DNA of 64,000 nucleotides, from IMG/VR virus record IMGVR_UViG_3300010885_015247, positions 16,837 through 80,836 of that record; one strand, 5' to 3'. A program made the translations under genes and the position numbers. Of the stretch, positions 22,800 through 33,912 are shown in pieces. Position 1 is the stretch's first letter; the number at the start of each line of letters is the position of its first letter. The notes beneath the pieces are model-generated. The model saw nothing but the letters and a program-made list of their open reading frames with translations, ran no database searches and was not told the origin of the DNA. This DNA is from a virus.

Positions 22800-23591
22800 T
22801 TAACTATTTTTACTTCTAGGAAGTTGGTGATCTTTAAACTTATTTCCTCTGATATCCATACCTTTGTAATATAGACCATCTTTACCTTCTTTGGTTGTAT
22901 ATAGCTCTATTCTTTTATCCGAATGCTCCCTTACTACTGCCTTTTCTTCCTCTATAACCTCTTCGTCAAAGATATCATAAGCACTCTTTAATTCAAAAGA
23001 ATCGCAAAAATATCTTGGTATAGGTATGATGCCTACTAATGGAGAGTTCGGGAGAACTCGTATTACCGTGTTTGGTATGTCTATTTTTAAATTTAAAGTA
23101 AAACCAAAACGTATATTGTCAGACTCTACAACTCCTGTCATAGCGCTTACTCCAGGCATTGGATAGTTAGGAGGAGATATAGTCATTAAATTAACCATAG
23201 GTGGTGTTTTTAATATGACTGGGTAGTGAATGGTAAGAACTCCATGACCAAACTCAGAGTTCGGGTATATAAAATTTAGATTTCTATATGGTTCAAAGTC
23301 GTCGTGATAAGTTATGGTTATATCTTCTGCAGAATCTCCACCATTCCAGATAACATCAAATCCGTATGGAATACTGAATACAAAACCTTGCATATTTCCA
23401 ATTGCTAAAGGTAGACACTTATAGAAATTGGGAGAGAACCACCCTCGTTTATGATCTGTATTCAGAGGGTTTAAAAATAAACCTATATCTTTTAAATCAA
23501 AAGGCTTAACACCTTCACTAGGGATTATAGGAAAGAATGCAATAGTTTTATCTGGAACAACAAGATTTTCGTCTTGGTTCACTATTGTCAT
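22800..23591 (-). CDS. DUF6065-like protein
   Basis: FYKCLPLAIGNMQGF...PPNYP...TGVVESD...FTLN pattern. Confidence 0.55.
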   Translation of the reverse strand: MTIVNQDENLVVPDKTIAFFPIIPSEGVKPFDLKDIGLFLNPLNTDHKRGWFSPNFYKCLPLAIGNMQGFVFSIPYGFDVIWNGGDSAEDITITYHDDFEPYRNLNFIYPNSEFGHGVLTIHYPVILKTPPMVNLMTISPPNYPMPGVSAMTGVVESDNIRFGFTLNLKIDIPNTVIRVLPNSPLVGIIPIPRYFCDSFELKSAYDIFDEEVIEEEKAVVREHSDKRIELYTTKEGKDGLYYKGMDIRGNKFKDHQLPRSKNS

Positions 23592-23609
23592 TTGTCTTTT
23601 CCTTAGTCT

Positions 23610-24080
23610 CTAGGGAATCATCTCCACTCTGTATATGGAGTCTATCTTCTCGTCATTCAAAGCCGCTTTTTCAAGAAGCCGTTGAGCAACATTAGTAAGG
23701 TATCTTGCCCCACCTTGGTCGTATTTGTAAAGTGCATCTAGTACGGGAGTAGGATCTTCGCTTACCTGAGCCCAGTTGCGGTCTGTTTCTGGGAAAATAA
23801 CAGGCAAATCTCTAGATGGATCACATTCTTCGCATGGGATAGAGTCTTTTGTTAAGCAGTCTGTATCAGACTCTTTTAGGTAGTATCTCTTAACAAGAGG
23901 GCATGCTGCTCCGTGGAAGACAAGTGATACACCAACGCGAGAGAGGATATAGGAGCCATTCTCTGTCTTAAAAAGCTTAAACTCAATCCAGCGTGTTGAG
24001 CCACGACGCCAAGAAGAGGATTCTCCTAAGAGACGCCCGTTGAATTGAAGGGTTCTAGACCCGTCTTTGACTTCAAACAT
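23610..24080 (-). CDS. Hypothetical protein
   Basis: Clean ORF with an HxxxC...CxxC motif. Confidence 0.6.
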   Translation of the reverse strand: MFEVKDGSRTLQFNGRLLGESSSWRRGSTRWIEFKLFKTENGSYILSRVGVSLVFHGAACPLVKRYYLKESDTDCLTKDSIPCEECDPSRDLPVIFPETDRNWAQVSEDPTPVLDALYKYDQGGARYLTNVAQRLLEKAALNDEKIDSIYRVEMIP

Positions 24081-24089
24081 TTTAGAAGT

Positions 24090-24476
24090 TTACCCTTCTT
24101 CCGAAGGTGCAGTAGTGTGCTCACCCGTAACTGGGTCGTGGTAATGGTCGGACTCATCTGTCTCTGGTCTGTAGCTTAAGAATGTCCACCAAGAAACAAT
24201 TTCTTGAAAGATATCGCTTAGCTGAGGCCATTCTGGGATAATATGCGTTGTTTGATGACTTGCTGTAGGAATAATAGAAGAGGATGCAGCTACTTCTTTA
24301 AAATATAGAAGTAGATTGCCGAGGTGCTCAGCAATAATTTCATCTGTTAGAAACTCTCTTTCTTCAAGACTATAGAAATTAACACCAGTAGATACAAATG
24401 TCCCATCTACAGTCTCAACAGTCTTTTTGATTGTAGCTGGTTTACCTAGCTCATAGTGTGCTGAATAGACAATCAT
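24090..24476 (-). CDS. Hypothetical protein
   Basis: ATGA-coupled to the upstream fibre gene. Confidence 0.55.
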   Translation of the reverse strand: MIVYSAHYELGKPATIKKTVETVDGTFVSTGVNFYSLEEREFLTDEIIAEHLGNLLLYFKEVAASSSIIPTASHQTTHIIPEWPQLSDIFQEIVSWWTFLSYRPETDESDHYHDPVTGEHTTAPSEEG

Positions 24477-25969
24477 TTGTTCTCCTTAAGTCGCTTAATC
24501 TCTTCTGAGAGTAAGTTTATCTCATTTTGTTGTTTTTTGACGAGCTCTAAAACAAAGACAGAAAGAAGACCGTAGTTGATGCTATCTACTTCTCCTTTTT
24601 CATCATATCCAAGAATCTCTTCTACACCAAGCTCTAAAGCCTCTTCTGCAATATATCCATAATCCCACTCGCGGTTCTTACTAGCATCTTTTGCTTGATT
24701 ACGATATTTAAATCTTTTTGGTTGAAGAAGAAACAACTTATCTAGATCTATGTTGTAATCAGATATTTCTTTTTTAAGTTTTCTAGATGAGATTGTTGTA
24801 AAGTGGGTGTGGCCTCCGTGCCCAACGTGGCTACCAGCAAAAGAAGTATCGTATCTGCCAGTAGGAGCATAAGCGCTGTGGGTGTGGTTAGCCAAAGCAT
24901 ATCCAGAGCCAGCAAAAGTAACTGTTCTAGTTCTTCCAGAACCAGAGACTGTTATGCCAGATCCAGCATTAACATCTGTAAGAACGTCACTTGGAAGTCG
25001 ATTGATACTTATAGTGCCAGTAATAATTGTTCCAGCGTCAACGCTTGAAATCTTTCCATTTGTAATACCGCCAGCAAGATGATAATTCTCAATTGTTCCA
25101 ACTGGAATTTTAAGTCCAGTAACTGATCCAGCTCTAAGCTTATCCGCCGTTACAGCTCCATTAATTATTCTACTCTCTAGGACAGCATCAACACCAAGAC
25201 CTTGATTGGTCACAGCTCCAACTGCAATTTTGTACTGATCTACTGCTTGACTGTAGATTTTTCCAGTAGTAATTGCAAATGCCGCTATGTTTCCTTCTGC
25301 AACAGCAAGTGACCCAATTTTTGCACCATTAACAGCACCATCAGCAATTTTTCCGTTTGTAACAGCACCATCAGCAATTTTTCCGTTTGTAACAGCGCTA
25401 TCAGCAAGTTCTGCACTAGCAACAGTTCCGTCAACAATGAGGCCACCTTGAATACCTCCAATAATCTTAGAGCCTTCAATTCCAGCTATCTGACTATTTT
25501 GAATCTCACCAATAAGTTTAGAGCTAGACATTCCAGCAATCTTTGAGTCTGGGATTGAACCAGCAAGCTCGTTTGTTCCAACGGACCCATCTGCAATCTG
25601 AGTAGAGGTTACAGAATTAGCTCCCATTTCAGTGGATGTGATAGTTCCAGGTGCAATCTCGTTAGCAGTAACAGAGTCTTGAATTATTTGTGCGGTTCCA
25701 ACCGAGTCCACAGCCATTAAACCTTGCGTAACAGCACTCGCTTCAATTTGAGCGGTACCTACAACACCTGGATTTAAAGACCTTCTTAAAATAGCAGAGT
25801 CAGCAATTAGCTCCTGACCTACGGCGCGAGGTGCTATGTTTTTTGAGACAACAACCTTGGAAGCAAGCTGTGTAGGTGCTGGTCTAGTTTCTAGATATCG
25901 AAGACGTTTTTGGACATCCGTGATATTTCCAGCAATACTTTTTCTTCTAGATCTTCTACGAGTAGCCAT
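24473..25969 (-). CDS. Tail fibre/spike with 10-aa repeats and C-terminal peptidase S74 intramolecular chaperone
   Basis: AVTNGKIADG-type repeats; SSRKLKKEI...LQPKRFKY...YGYIAEE...INYG...coiled coil. Confidence 0.85.
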   Translation of the reverse strand: MATRRRSRRKSIAGNITDVQKRLRYLETRPAPTQLASKVVVSKNIAPRAVGQELIADSAILRRSLNPGVVGTAQIEASAVTQGLMAVDSVGTAQIIQDSVTANEIAPGTITSTEMGANSVTSTQIADGSVGTNELAGSIPDSKIAGMSSSKLIGEIQNSQIAGIEGSKIIGGIQGGLIVDGTVASAELADSAVTNGKIADGAVTNGKIADGAVNGAKIGSLAVAEGNIAAFAITTGKIYSQAVDQYKIAVGAVTNQGLGVDAVLESRIINGAVTADKLRAGSVTGLKIPVGTIENYHLAGGITNGKISSVDAGTIITGTISINRLPSDVLTDVNAGSGITVSGSGRTRTVTFAGSGYALANHTHSAYAPTGRYDTSFAGSHVGHGGHTHFTTISSRKLKKEISDYNIDLDKLFLLQPKRFKYRNQAKDASKNREWDYGYIAEEALELGVEEILGYDEKGEVDSINYGLLSVFVLELVKKQQNEINLLSEEIKRLKENK

Positions 25970-28044
25970 TAGTTTCCTCCTGTTGTCTTTTTAAGGCCAG
26001 CTTCTTCTCCAGATTTATCAACTTTCCAGTCAGTAACTAGGTCTAAGTCAACTGTTTCTGGAAAAGAAGGAGCGTCTGGCACAGATACTTTATATCCATT
26101 AATTTTTCTGACAATAATGTCATTTCTTGGCTCTTGATCACTTTCAAGTCTTGCAAGTACAAATGGATCGTCAATAATTAATGAACACCACTGGCCAGGA
26201 ACGTATGTTCCTACTACAGGGGTTAAAGATCCGTTGACGCTAATATTAAAATCCCCCATTGGAGGCTTCGACTCATATAGGTACTCCTGTGCGTAAGAGT
26301 ATAAAACCTCTTCGTCAGCAGTATTGTTTACCATCTCAACTTGATCCAATAGAGGCCAACTCTTACCTAAAGGATTATTTAGTAACGAAATATCTGCTGC
26401 AACAGCATATGGTTGACTTGCCGCATCTGATAGATCAGTAATATTTCCTTCTACAAAGAAGCGAGTTGCTGCATCTTCAGCACTTTCTTCTACAGTAAAA
26501 GTAGAGATGCTACCGGGAAACTCAAATACAAGATTATTAAATCCTAATCTCTCTTCATCAGACATGTCAGGACTTTCCGTAACCTCATTAGGGTTCTCTA
26601 TGTTTAAAAGAACTAAAGTCCTAGTAAAAGATGCTGTTGTAAAGTCATAGTCGCAATCAATACGATACTCGAAACCGTCAAGGTTGTTGGAGTAGTCTTC
26701 TAAAATCTCTCCAAAACTTTTTAACTCGTAACCTCGAAGATACTGCGTGTCTTGATATAAGCCACTAGTTTTATTCGAGCCAACAGTGATACCTAGATCG
26801 GAGTTGCTAGTGTAGGGTCCAAATGTTCCATACACGGCTTTACTTCCTACTGTCACAGTTCCACCAGAAACTGTTACTTCTGCAATGTCTGGGTAAAGCC
26901 TTCCCTCTGGACTTGGTTGATTGTATGTAAATGTAGTTGATGTAGGAGTAGATGTTATTAAATATCTACCGTTAAAGTTCTCGTCTAGTCTTTGACTGAA
27001 GAAAGAGTCGACGTTATTTATTACAACTACTTGACCAGTAGTTGCACCGTGAGGTATGTGTGTTGTCAGTGTTGCCACATTGGATTGTAGTTTTTTCTTA
27101 GTTACATAAAAAGTCTGAATTCCCGGTAAAGTTGTTTTAGATACATTTGAACCAGAGAGTTCAAAAACTATACTGTTATTGTCTGGTACTTCAGTGACAG
27201 AATGGTACCCGTCCAGACCAGATCCAACTTGAATGATTTCAAATTCTTGACCTGGAACCAAACTGTGCTCTTCTAGAGTCTCGAGGACTACTCTTCCATT
27301 ATCTCTCTTTTTAGAGATAATTGAAACTTCTTGAACAGAGGCTGGCTCAATAACATCATTTGCAAAATTTAAACCAGACATATCTGTGGAAAGTTGAAAC
27401 ATAAGATCTCTTACAAAATCATATGTATCAATTAGCTTTCTTACTGCTCCACTAGTTATAGCTGTAGATGTGATGTTTGCATAGTCAACAGCAAAGGTAA
27501 AACTATTAGCCGAAGGAATACTTATGATCTGATGAGTACCGTCAACTACAGGGTTTGTAAAAGTAACTTTTACATAGTTTCCTACTCTAAATCTTACTGG
27601 GTCAATACTAATAGGCTCTTCAGTAACAACTGTTGCAATTTTATTTGTAATAGAGAAGGAAGATATTCCAATAAAGTCAGAGCCATATAGAAGTGTTTGC
27701 CATACGTTTCTATGATAAAAATAGCTTGTAAACTCTGATGCATCAATAGTTACTGTTTTGTTTGCTTGGTCGTATTTTCTACCCCAAACAATCCCTCCCC
27801 AAACGCATACGTCATTACGCATCACATAGACGCCAGTTCTTCCTGGCATTGTTGCATCGTAAATGTTTAATCTATCGGTTGCTGCAATTAGAGGAATGCT
27901 GCCAGTAAAACTTCCTGCTTTTCGAAGAACTCTCTCATAAGAGACACCAGTGAAAGGTAGTTCTGCAATTACAGAGTTACTAACTAAATCGGTTAAAAAA
28001 TACCTATACGTTACATCTGTTACAAATGAATCGGACGATGTCAT
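25969..28044 (-). CDS. Minor tail/baseplate hub (Tal-like) protein with 3 inserted beta repeats
   Basis: YRYFLTDL...AELPFTGVSY...VWGGIVWGR; follows the Dit-like gene. Confidence 0.7.
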   Translation of the reverse strand: MTSSDSFVTDVTYRYFLTDLVSNSVIAELPFTGVSYERVLRKAGSFTGSIPLIAATDRLNIYDATMPGRTGVYVMRNDVCVWGGIVWGRKYDQANKTVTIDASEFTSYFYHRNVWQTLLYGSDFIGISSFSITNKIATVVTEEPISIDPVRFRVGNYVKVTFTNPVVDGTHQIISIPSANSFTFAVDYANITSTAITSGAVRKLIDTYDFVRDLMFQLSTDMSGLNFANDVIEPASVQEVSIISKKRDNGRVVLETLEEHSLVPGQEFEIIQVGSGLDGYHSVTEVPDNNSIVFELSGSNVSKTTLPGIQTFYVTKKKLQSNVATLTTHIPHGATTGQVVVINNVDSFFSQRLDENFNGRYLITSTPTSTTFTYNQPSPEGRLYPDIAEVTVSGGTVTVGSKAVYGTFGPYTSNSDLGITVGSNKTSGLYQDTQYLRGYELKSFGEILEDYSNNLDGFEYRIDCDYDFTTASFTRTLVLLNIENPNEVTESPDMSDEERLGFNNLVFEFPGSISTFTVEESAEDAATRFFVEGNITDLSDAASQPYAVAADISLLNNPLGKSWPLLDQVEMVNNTADEEVLYSYAQEYLYESKPPMGDFNISVNGSLTPVVGTYVPGQWCSLIIDDPFVLARLESDQEPRNDIIVRKINGYKVSVPDAPSFPETVDLDLVTDWKVDKSGEEAGLKKTTGGN

Positions 28045-28072
28045 TGTCTATTGTCTCTCTTTCATCTTTTTT

Positions 28073-30658
28073 TTATCCTAACCAAGCAGACCTATAATAA
28101 ACTTTAAGCAAAGATTTGCTTACAGAGTTCTTCTCATCAAAAAACTCAATTGAGTTTGCACCAGGTTGTAAAAAGAAAAAATCAGTTAATACATCTAATT
28201 TTGCTCTTGCATTTTCATAGCTTCCATTTAAAAATACGTCTCTTGTAAGAGTGTTTATTTCTAAAACGTCTGGCCCGAAGTCGACAGCTGCACCAGAAAT
28301 ACCAGGAGTAAAGACAACTTCTGTTTTTCTAATAGCTACTCCAGAGCTTTCAATTTCTCCACCTGTCTCACTTAAAATATCAGCAGATACAGATGCAGAT
28401 CCACTAACAGCAGTAAATGGAAGACTTCCTGATACGACAGCAGATCCTGCATCAGCGGTGGATGCTATGGATCTAGAAGCTAAAGCAAATCCACCAGTTG
28501 CATATGGTGTTGCCCCCTGTGGTGCTCCAGCTACAATAGTTGCAGAAGTTGCAACTGTATAAGTAAATGTTGTTGAACCTGTAACACTAACTACATATGT
28601 TCCATTTAGTGCGGATGCAGCAGAGTCCATATTATTGATTGTTACATACTGTCCACTACTGAAGTTGTGAGCAGAGGATGTAATAATAGTTGCTGTAGTC
28701 CCAGACTGTGCTCTAGAAGATATACCACCTCCAGCAACACCAAAAGGAACGTTTGTACCTGCTTTACTGTAGGTAAATGTGTTTGTATCTGGAACAGATG
28801 TAATAACATACGATCCATCGAAAGATGTTCCAAGAGAAGAAACAGTGACGCTTTCTCCAGTAAGAAACCCGTGTCCAGAAGATGTAGTTAGGGTTACAAC
28901 TCCTCCAATAAGCTGCCTTGCAACAACGGCTCTTTTAATTGGAATTACTGTTCCAGTAGTTACCAAAATTGCTGTTTCATCTGCAGCAGCTTTAGCGTAG
29001 CTAAATGTCGTGCTTGAAGGTATTTGAGTAACTGTGTATGTTCCATCATAGTTAGCACCTACATCAGATACAACTACCTGCTCTCCAAGACTAAAACCAT
29101 GTTCGGAAGCCAAAGTAATTGTTGCAACTCCAGAGAAAATAGATCTAATAGAGGCAGTATTTACTGTAGATCTTTCAATTTTGTATGTAAATGTTGTTGT
29201 TGTTGGAGTTGAAACTATTTTATATACTCCATCAAAAGTATCATCTAAACCAGATATAGATACGTTTTCTCCAGCAACAAACCCGTGGGCAGATGCCATA
29301 GTTATGCTTGCAACATCTGTAGACATTTGCTTTGTTGTTATAGCTTTACTGTTTGTTCTTGTAAGGGCGTAACTAAAGGTTGTAGGTGAACCTATGTTAA
29401 CAATTGTGTAAGTTCCGTTATAGTTAATATTTATGCCAGATATAGTTACTAACTCACCCTCAATAAACTGATGAGCCTCGGTAGTAGTAAGAGTTGCAAT
29501 ATTGGAAATTAAAATAGCTCCAGTAATGACTCTAGGGGGGACTCTATTTTTTGCATAAGTAAAGCTTGTTGCCGTAGGTGTAGAGGTAATCGTATAAGTT
29601 CCGTTAAATACAGTATCTACATCTTGAATAGTTATTGACTGGCTAGTTAAAAAATTATGGCTTGTTCTAGTCTGTATTGTTGCAATATTATTTTGTAGTT
29701 TTTTAGATACAATACTTTCAATAGAAGATATGTTAGGGAACAAGCTAAAAGAAAAAGTAGTATTTGTTGGAACAGCTGTTACAGTAAAGTCTCCATTTAG
29801 GTATGACTCTGACATTCCGCTGATCTCTACAAGATCTCCTACAAATAGTCCATGATTAGTTCTAGTTGTAAGAGTTGCAACATCCTCTAACGTTTCTGGG
29901 TTAAAAGATACTTGCTTATTTTCTATAGAAGAGTTGAGTCTTCCTCTTAGTGAAGAAACTATATACAATAATTTATCAGTAGTTCTGTTATAAACTCGAG
30001 CAGGTCCAGTAATAGGGCCATTTATTTCTAGCTCAATTGGTGTGTCTACATTTCCATTATTTGTAACAGTTACTATACCCGTGGCAGAAGTGTCACGGTT
30101 TGTAGCGGGGATTTCAATAATATCGTAACCATCTGGTTCTGCATCGTTCCAAGAAAACTTAAGAGGATTTGCTGCCTTTAATCCTATAGAGAACTCTGTT
30201 TTCCCTCTTGCAGTTACTGTTTGAATTTCAGGTGCACCACTAAGACGAACAAAAGAAGTGCGCTTAGCGTCACCACCTGTTTTTAACCATGCTCCTTTAT
30301 ATACAAGATTAGTAGCAGCAACAAGACGATCACGAGCTGCTTCTACTAGATCTGGGGTAGGTGTTAGAAATGCCCCTGTAAGAGTTAAAATTCTTGCTTG
30401 ATATCTTCCCTTAATATCGTAATCACCATCACCAAAACCACGAGGAATTGATGGCATATCTGGTTCAGGGTGCTGCCACCAGCCAGCAATATCCGTGATA
30501 ACCCAAGTAACGCCAAACTCATCAATAGTATTAAAGACAAAATCGCCAAGGACAATGTCTGCCTTGAGCTTCATACCAGTTAGGTGCGGCTGTGGAAGCG
30601 GGGTTAGCCCACGGTCTACATAATTATTTTCTTGTGCTTGATTGTAAATTTCGCTCAT
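28073..30658 (-). CDS. Distal tail (Dit-like) protein with 7 inserted beta repeats
   Basis: Immediately after the tape measure; VTNNGNVDT...GP and FFFLQPGANSI...YRSAW Dit-like motifs flank the repeats. Confidence 0.75.
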   Translation of the reverse strand: MSEIYNQAQENNYVDRGLTPLPQPHLTGMKLKADIVLGDFVFNTIDEFGVTWVITDIAGWWQHPEPDMPSIPRGFGDGDYDIKGRYQARILTLTGAFLTPTPDLVEAARDRLVAATNLVYKGAWLKTGGDAKRTSFVRLSGAPEIQTVTARGKTEFSIGLKAANPLKFSWNDAEPDGYDIIEIPATNRDTSATGIVTVTNNGNVDTPIELEINGPITGPARVYNRTTDKLLYIVSSLRGRLNSSIENKQVSFNPETLEDVATLTTRTNHGLFVGDLVEISGMSESYLNGDFTVTAVPTNTTFSFSLFPNISSIESIVSKKLQNNIATIQTRTSHNFLTSQSITIQDVDTVFNGTYTITSTPTATSFTYAKNRVPPRVITGAILISNIATLTTTEAHQFIEGELVTISGININYNGTYTIVNIGSPTTFSYALTRTNSKAITTKQMSTDVASITMASAHGFVAGENVSISGLDDTFDGVYKIVSTPTTTTFTYKIERSTVNTASIRSIFSGVATITLASEHGFSLGEQVVVSDVGANYDGTYTVTQIPSSTTFSYAKAAADETAILVTTGTVIPIKRAVVARQLIGGVVTLTTSSGHGFLTGESVTVSSLGTSFDGSYVITSVPDTNTFTYSKAGTNVPFGVAGGGISSRAQSGTTATIITSSAHNFSSGQYVTINNMDSAASALNGTYVVSVTGSTTFTYTVATSATIVAGAPQGATPYATGGFALASRSIASTADAGSAVVSGSLPFTAVSGSASVSADILSETGGEIESSGVAIRKTEVVFTPGISGAAVDFGPDVLEINTLTRDVFLNGSYENARAKLDVLTDFFFLQPGANSIEFFDEKNSVSKSLLKVYYRSAWLG

Positions 30659-33600
30659 TATGCGGCACCTTTACGAAGTTGGAATGCAAGTTGACGAGAT
30701 ACAAGTGCGGCGAGCTCACGCTCATCCATTCCTGGGGATGGGTTAACAGTTATATTTATACCGCCAGCAGGTCCAGCAAGCATCTCGATCATAGCTCTAT
30801 CACGCTTAGATAGCCCGCTGGAGTCTAAAGGCTCTACACGTTCTGAACGACCAGCTTCACCGATCATTGCAAGCATTCCACCAGTAGTAGCTGGAACGAT
30901 TCCACCAGCAGCAAGCCTTTTTATGTTTGGAGTGCTAAGTGTTGGTCCTTCAAAAGCAGGAATAACTGTTTTACCAAGAACTTTTAGACCTTCAAAACTA
31001 GGTAGTTTCCATGAAAGATTGTTCCATCCATCAATTACATAGTTAATAGCTCCTTTAAAGCTATCTTTTATTCCACTAAAAATATCACCAATACTTAGTT
31101 TACCCATACCTGTAAAAATTTCTTTTACCTTGTCATAAAATTCAACAATTTTATCTTTAGCGCTGCTAATTTTTGTAAATATACCACCAATTAATTCAAT
31201 AAACTTTACAATAATTCCTGTAACTATGTCAATAGCCGCTACAAGAGTAAATTTAATAAGAGGAACTAAAGTTACTGCAAGGAAATCACCAATCATTTTA
31301 AATACATCGCTCATTTTGCCCATAAAAGGAAGAGCCTTCTCGATTGCATCTTTTATTTTCTCGAAAGACTCCATGAGCTTGTCTTTAACAACAGCAACCA
31401 TATCAGCAATTGCTTCCCTAAGCTTTTCGCTCTTTTGATACGCCAAGACAAAGATTGCAACAATAGTTGCAATAACCGCTACTGCAATAAGAATAGGAGC
31501 TGCAAGTGCAACCATTTGAGCTTGAAGTGCCATAACAGCAAATCTTAGTTTGTATACTAAAGCGCTCTGCTGAGGAAGTCTAGCTAAAAGAACCTTGTCA
31601 ATTTTAGTTATAGCGCCAACAAAAACTTTTCCAAAAAACCCTGCAGTTTTAGTTACAGTTCCTATTGCAAGACCAAAAGCAACTATTAAACCAGTTCCAG
31701 TAATTACTGCCCTCATAAAATCATTATCAAGAAGGAAAATAAGTCCTTGAAGAACAACATTTAATGTCTCAAAGAATACTTTAATAGATCCAGCATCAAA
31801 GAAAATTTGTATAAGCTCTGCCATTTTTTCAATAAATCTTCCAACAGCTGGAAGAGCACCGTTAGCAATCTCTAAACCAATACCGTTAAATGTTGTAGCA
31901 GCTTTGTTGATGCTATCCATAAACTCACCGAAGCCCTTGGATGCCCCAATATCAAGCATTCCTTTTATGATAAGACCTAGGGTTGTGAGAACTTTAGTGA
32001 AGTTCTTACTGAGCTGAAGTAGGTATGCGTCAAGAGTTCCGTTTTCATTTCCAAGTTTAGTAAACTGCTCCCACTTCTCAGTTACAGTTTCAAGCCAGTC
32101 AAGGAAGTACCAGCCTCCTCCGCCTTCGCTGAACTGAGCCTTAATTGTGTTACCAATGCCACCAATAAAGTTTCCAAGTGATCTCCATAAGGAGTCCATA
32201 ACATCAGCAGCTTGTTTCATTGTTGCTTCAAGCTCGCCTGTTTTTTCTTTGTTCTTTAGTGTCTCAATCCAGCCTTCAGTAAGCTTTTCAACATGCTGTG
32301 CCCATTTTGTAGCAAATGGAGCAAATGCTGCAAGAAGAATTGTTGAAGCTCCAGCTAAGTTAGCAAAAGCTCCACCAATAGCCTCAATAAGAGGGCTCAT
32401 CTCTTCAAATATTTTTCTAACAGCGTCAACTATTTCAGGATCAGTAAATACCTTTGCAAATTTTTCTGCAACAATTCCTAAAGATGTAGCAATTTTTGGA
32501 AGAAGCTCTTCCATAAGCGGAAGATATGTTTCTACAAGTAGTTTAACTGCAGGGGTAAATTTTTCAAAGAAATTTTCTTGAAGCTTTAGTCTTAACTCTT
32601 CAAGTCTTTCTTTAAGAGAAATAATATAATCTACAAACTCTTTTGCAGATGGAGATAGGTTAACAGAAGCTTCTTCAAGTGCAGTGTTATACTCTTTACG
32701 AGCCTTGGCTGCATCTCTTTCTGCATCTGCAACAGCTCTAGCGGCAAGCTCTCTTGCTCTAGCTTCTTTTCTAGCTCTTTCAGATGTAGGAAGAAGATCG
32801 TTTTCTGCTTTCAAGAGATCAGCTTGCGCCTGAGTAAGAGCTTTTACTGCCTTAAATGCTGCAATCTCTGCATCTTGTTGTTTGTATTTTGAGTCAGCAA
32901 GTTTAGCCTCTGCAGCTAGAACATTTTTATTTCCGTTTATTCCTTCTTTGTTTGCTTTTGTTGTTGCTTTGCGAAGATCCCCATTTTTATCGATAGCACG
33001 ACGAAGGTTAAGATCTGCTTCAGCAAAAGCAAGCTCAGCTTCACGGCGAGCACGGGAGTTGGGTGGAAGGTCTTGAACACGTTGTAGGGAATCACGAGCT
33101 TTTTCAAACTCAAGTCGTGCTTTCTTCTCGGAGATAACTCCGCCTTCAAGCTCAAAACGAAGTTGCTGGATTGCTTCTTTAGCATCTTCACGAGCCTTTG
33201 TTACATCTTCAAGTGCTTTTCCAGTATCTTTTACAGAGTCTTGATAATTACGCTCTGCTTTTTCAGAAGCATATGCTGCGTCTGCTACTGCATCAGCAGC
33301 TTTATCTCTAGCTGTTTCTAGAGCTTTAAGATTTGCAGCTTGATCTTTTATAAGTTCGTTATATGCGTATGTGGCATCTTTAACCCTGAGCTCTGCAGCA
33401 GCAAGACGATCTGCAGCATCTGCAGATGCATCAATACCTTTCTTTCCATTAGATATTGCATCCCCTACGCCTTTAAATACCTGTCTTAAAATTCCAGCAG
33501 AAACAGCAACTGCGCCAAAAATATTAATAAGACCTAACAAAACTGGAGAAGCTGCTATAACAGTATTTATTAAAATACCAATTCCGCCTACTAAAGCACC

Positions 33601-33891
33601 AATAACACCGCCTAGAGCAACAACAGCTGGAACTACAGCAAAAGATGCTCTTTGTAGACTAGCAAACTGCTCTCTTGCTGCTTCTGCTTCTCTAATAAAA
33701 TTTCCAGCTTTAAATAGATCAGATATTCCATTGCCAGCAGTACGAGAAAAACCTCTAGAAAAACTTTTTCCTACTGAATCTCCAGAGTCATTTCCAACTC
33801 CATCAAGACCACTGAGTTGTCTTTTTATATCATCTTTAAAGCCAGTGGTGATGGCTCTAACAACTATCTCTGCACTACCTACTACTGCCAC
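30658..33891 (-). CDS. Tape measure protein
   Basis: MAVVGSAEIVVRA start; long coiled coil and hydrophobic helical repeats; C-terminal LAAGG...IGEAG..E.V.PL. Confidence 0.9.
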   Translation of the reverse strand: MAVVGSAEIVVRAITTGFKDDIKRQLSGLDGVGNDSGDSVGKSFSRGFSRTAGNGISDLFKAGNFIREAEAAREQFASLQRASFAVVPAVVALGGVIGALVGGIGILINTVIAASPVLLGLINIFGAVAVSAGILRQVFKGVGDAISNGKKGIDASADAADRLAAAELRVKDATYAYNELIKDQAANLKALETARDKAADAVADAAYASEKAERNYQDSVKDTGKALEDVTKAREDAKEAIQQLRFELEGGVISEKKARLEFEKARDSLQRVQDLPPNSRARREAELAFAEADLNLRRAIDKNGDLRKATTKANKEGINGNKNVLAAEAKLADSKYKQQDAEIAAFKAVKALTQAQADLLKAENDLLPTSERARKEARARELAARAVADAERDAAKARKEYNTALEEASVNLSPSAKEFVDYIISLKERLEELRLKLQENFFEKFTPAVKLLVETYLPLMEELLPKIATSLGIVAEKFAKVFTDPEIVDAVRKIFEEMSPLIEAIGGAFANLAGASTILLAAFAPFATKWAQHVEKLTEGWIETLKNKEKTGELEATMKQAADVMDSLWRSLGNFIGGIGNTIKAQFSEGGGGWYFLDWLETVTEKWEQFTKLGNENGTLDAYLLQLSKNFTKVLTTLGLIIKGMLDIGASKGFGEFMDSINKAATTFNGIGLEIANGALPAVGRFIEKMAELIQIFFDAGSIKVFFETLNVVLQGLIFLLDNDFMRAVITGTGLIVAFGLAIGTVTKTAGFFGKVFVGAITKIDKVLLARLPQQSALVYKLRFAVMALQAQMVALAAPILIAVAVIATIVAIFVLAYQKSEKLREAIADMVAVVKDKLMESFEKIKDAIEKALPFMGKMSDVFKMIGDFLAVTLVPLIKFTLVAAIDIVTGIIVKFIELIGGIFTKISSAKDKIVEFYDKVKEIFTGMGKLSIGDIFSGIKDSFKGAINYVIDGWNNLSWKLPSFEGLKVLGKTVIPAFEGPTLSTPNIKRLAAGGIVPATTGGMLAMIGEAGRSERVEPLDSSGLSKRDRAMIEMLAGPAGGINITVNPSPGMDERELAALVSRQLAFQLRKGAA

Positions 33892-33912
33892 AAGCCATCA
33901 CCTCCTCTGGTA

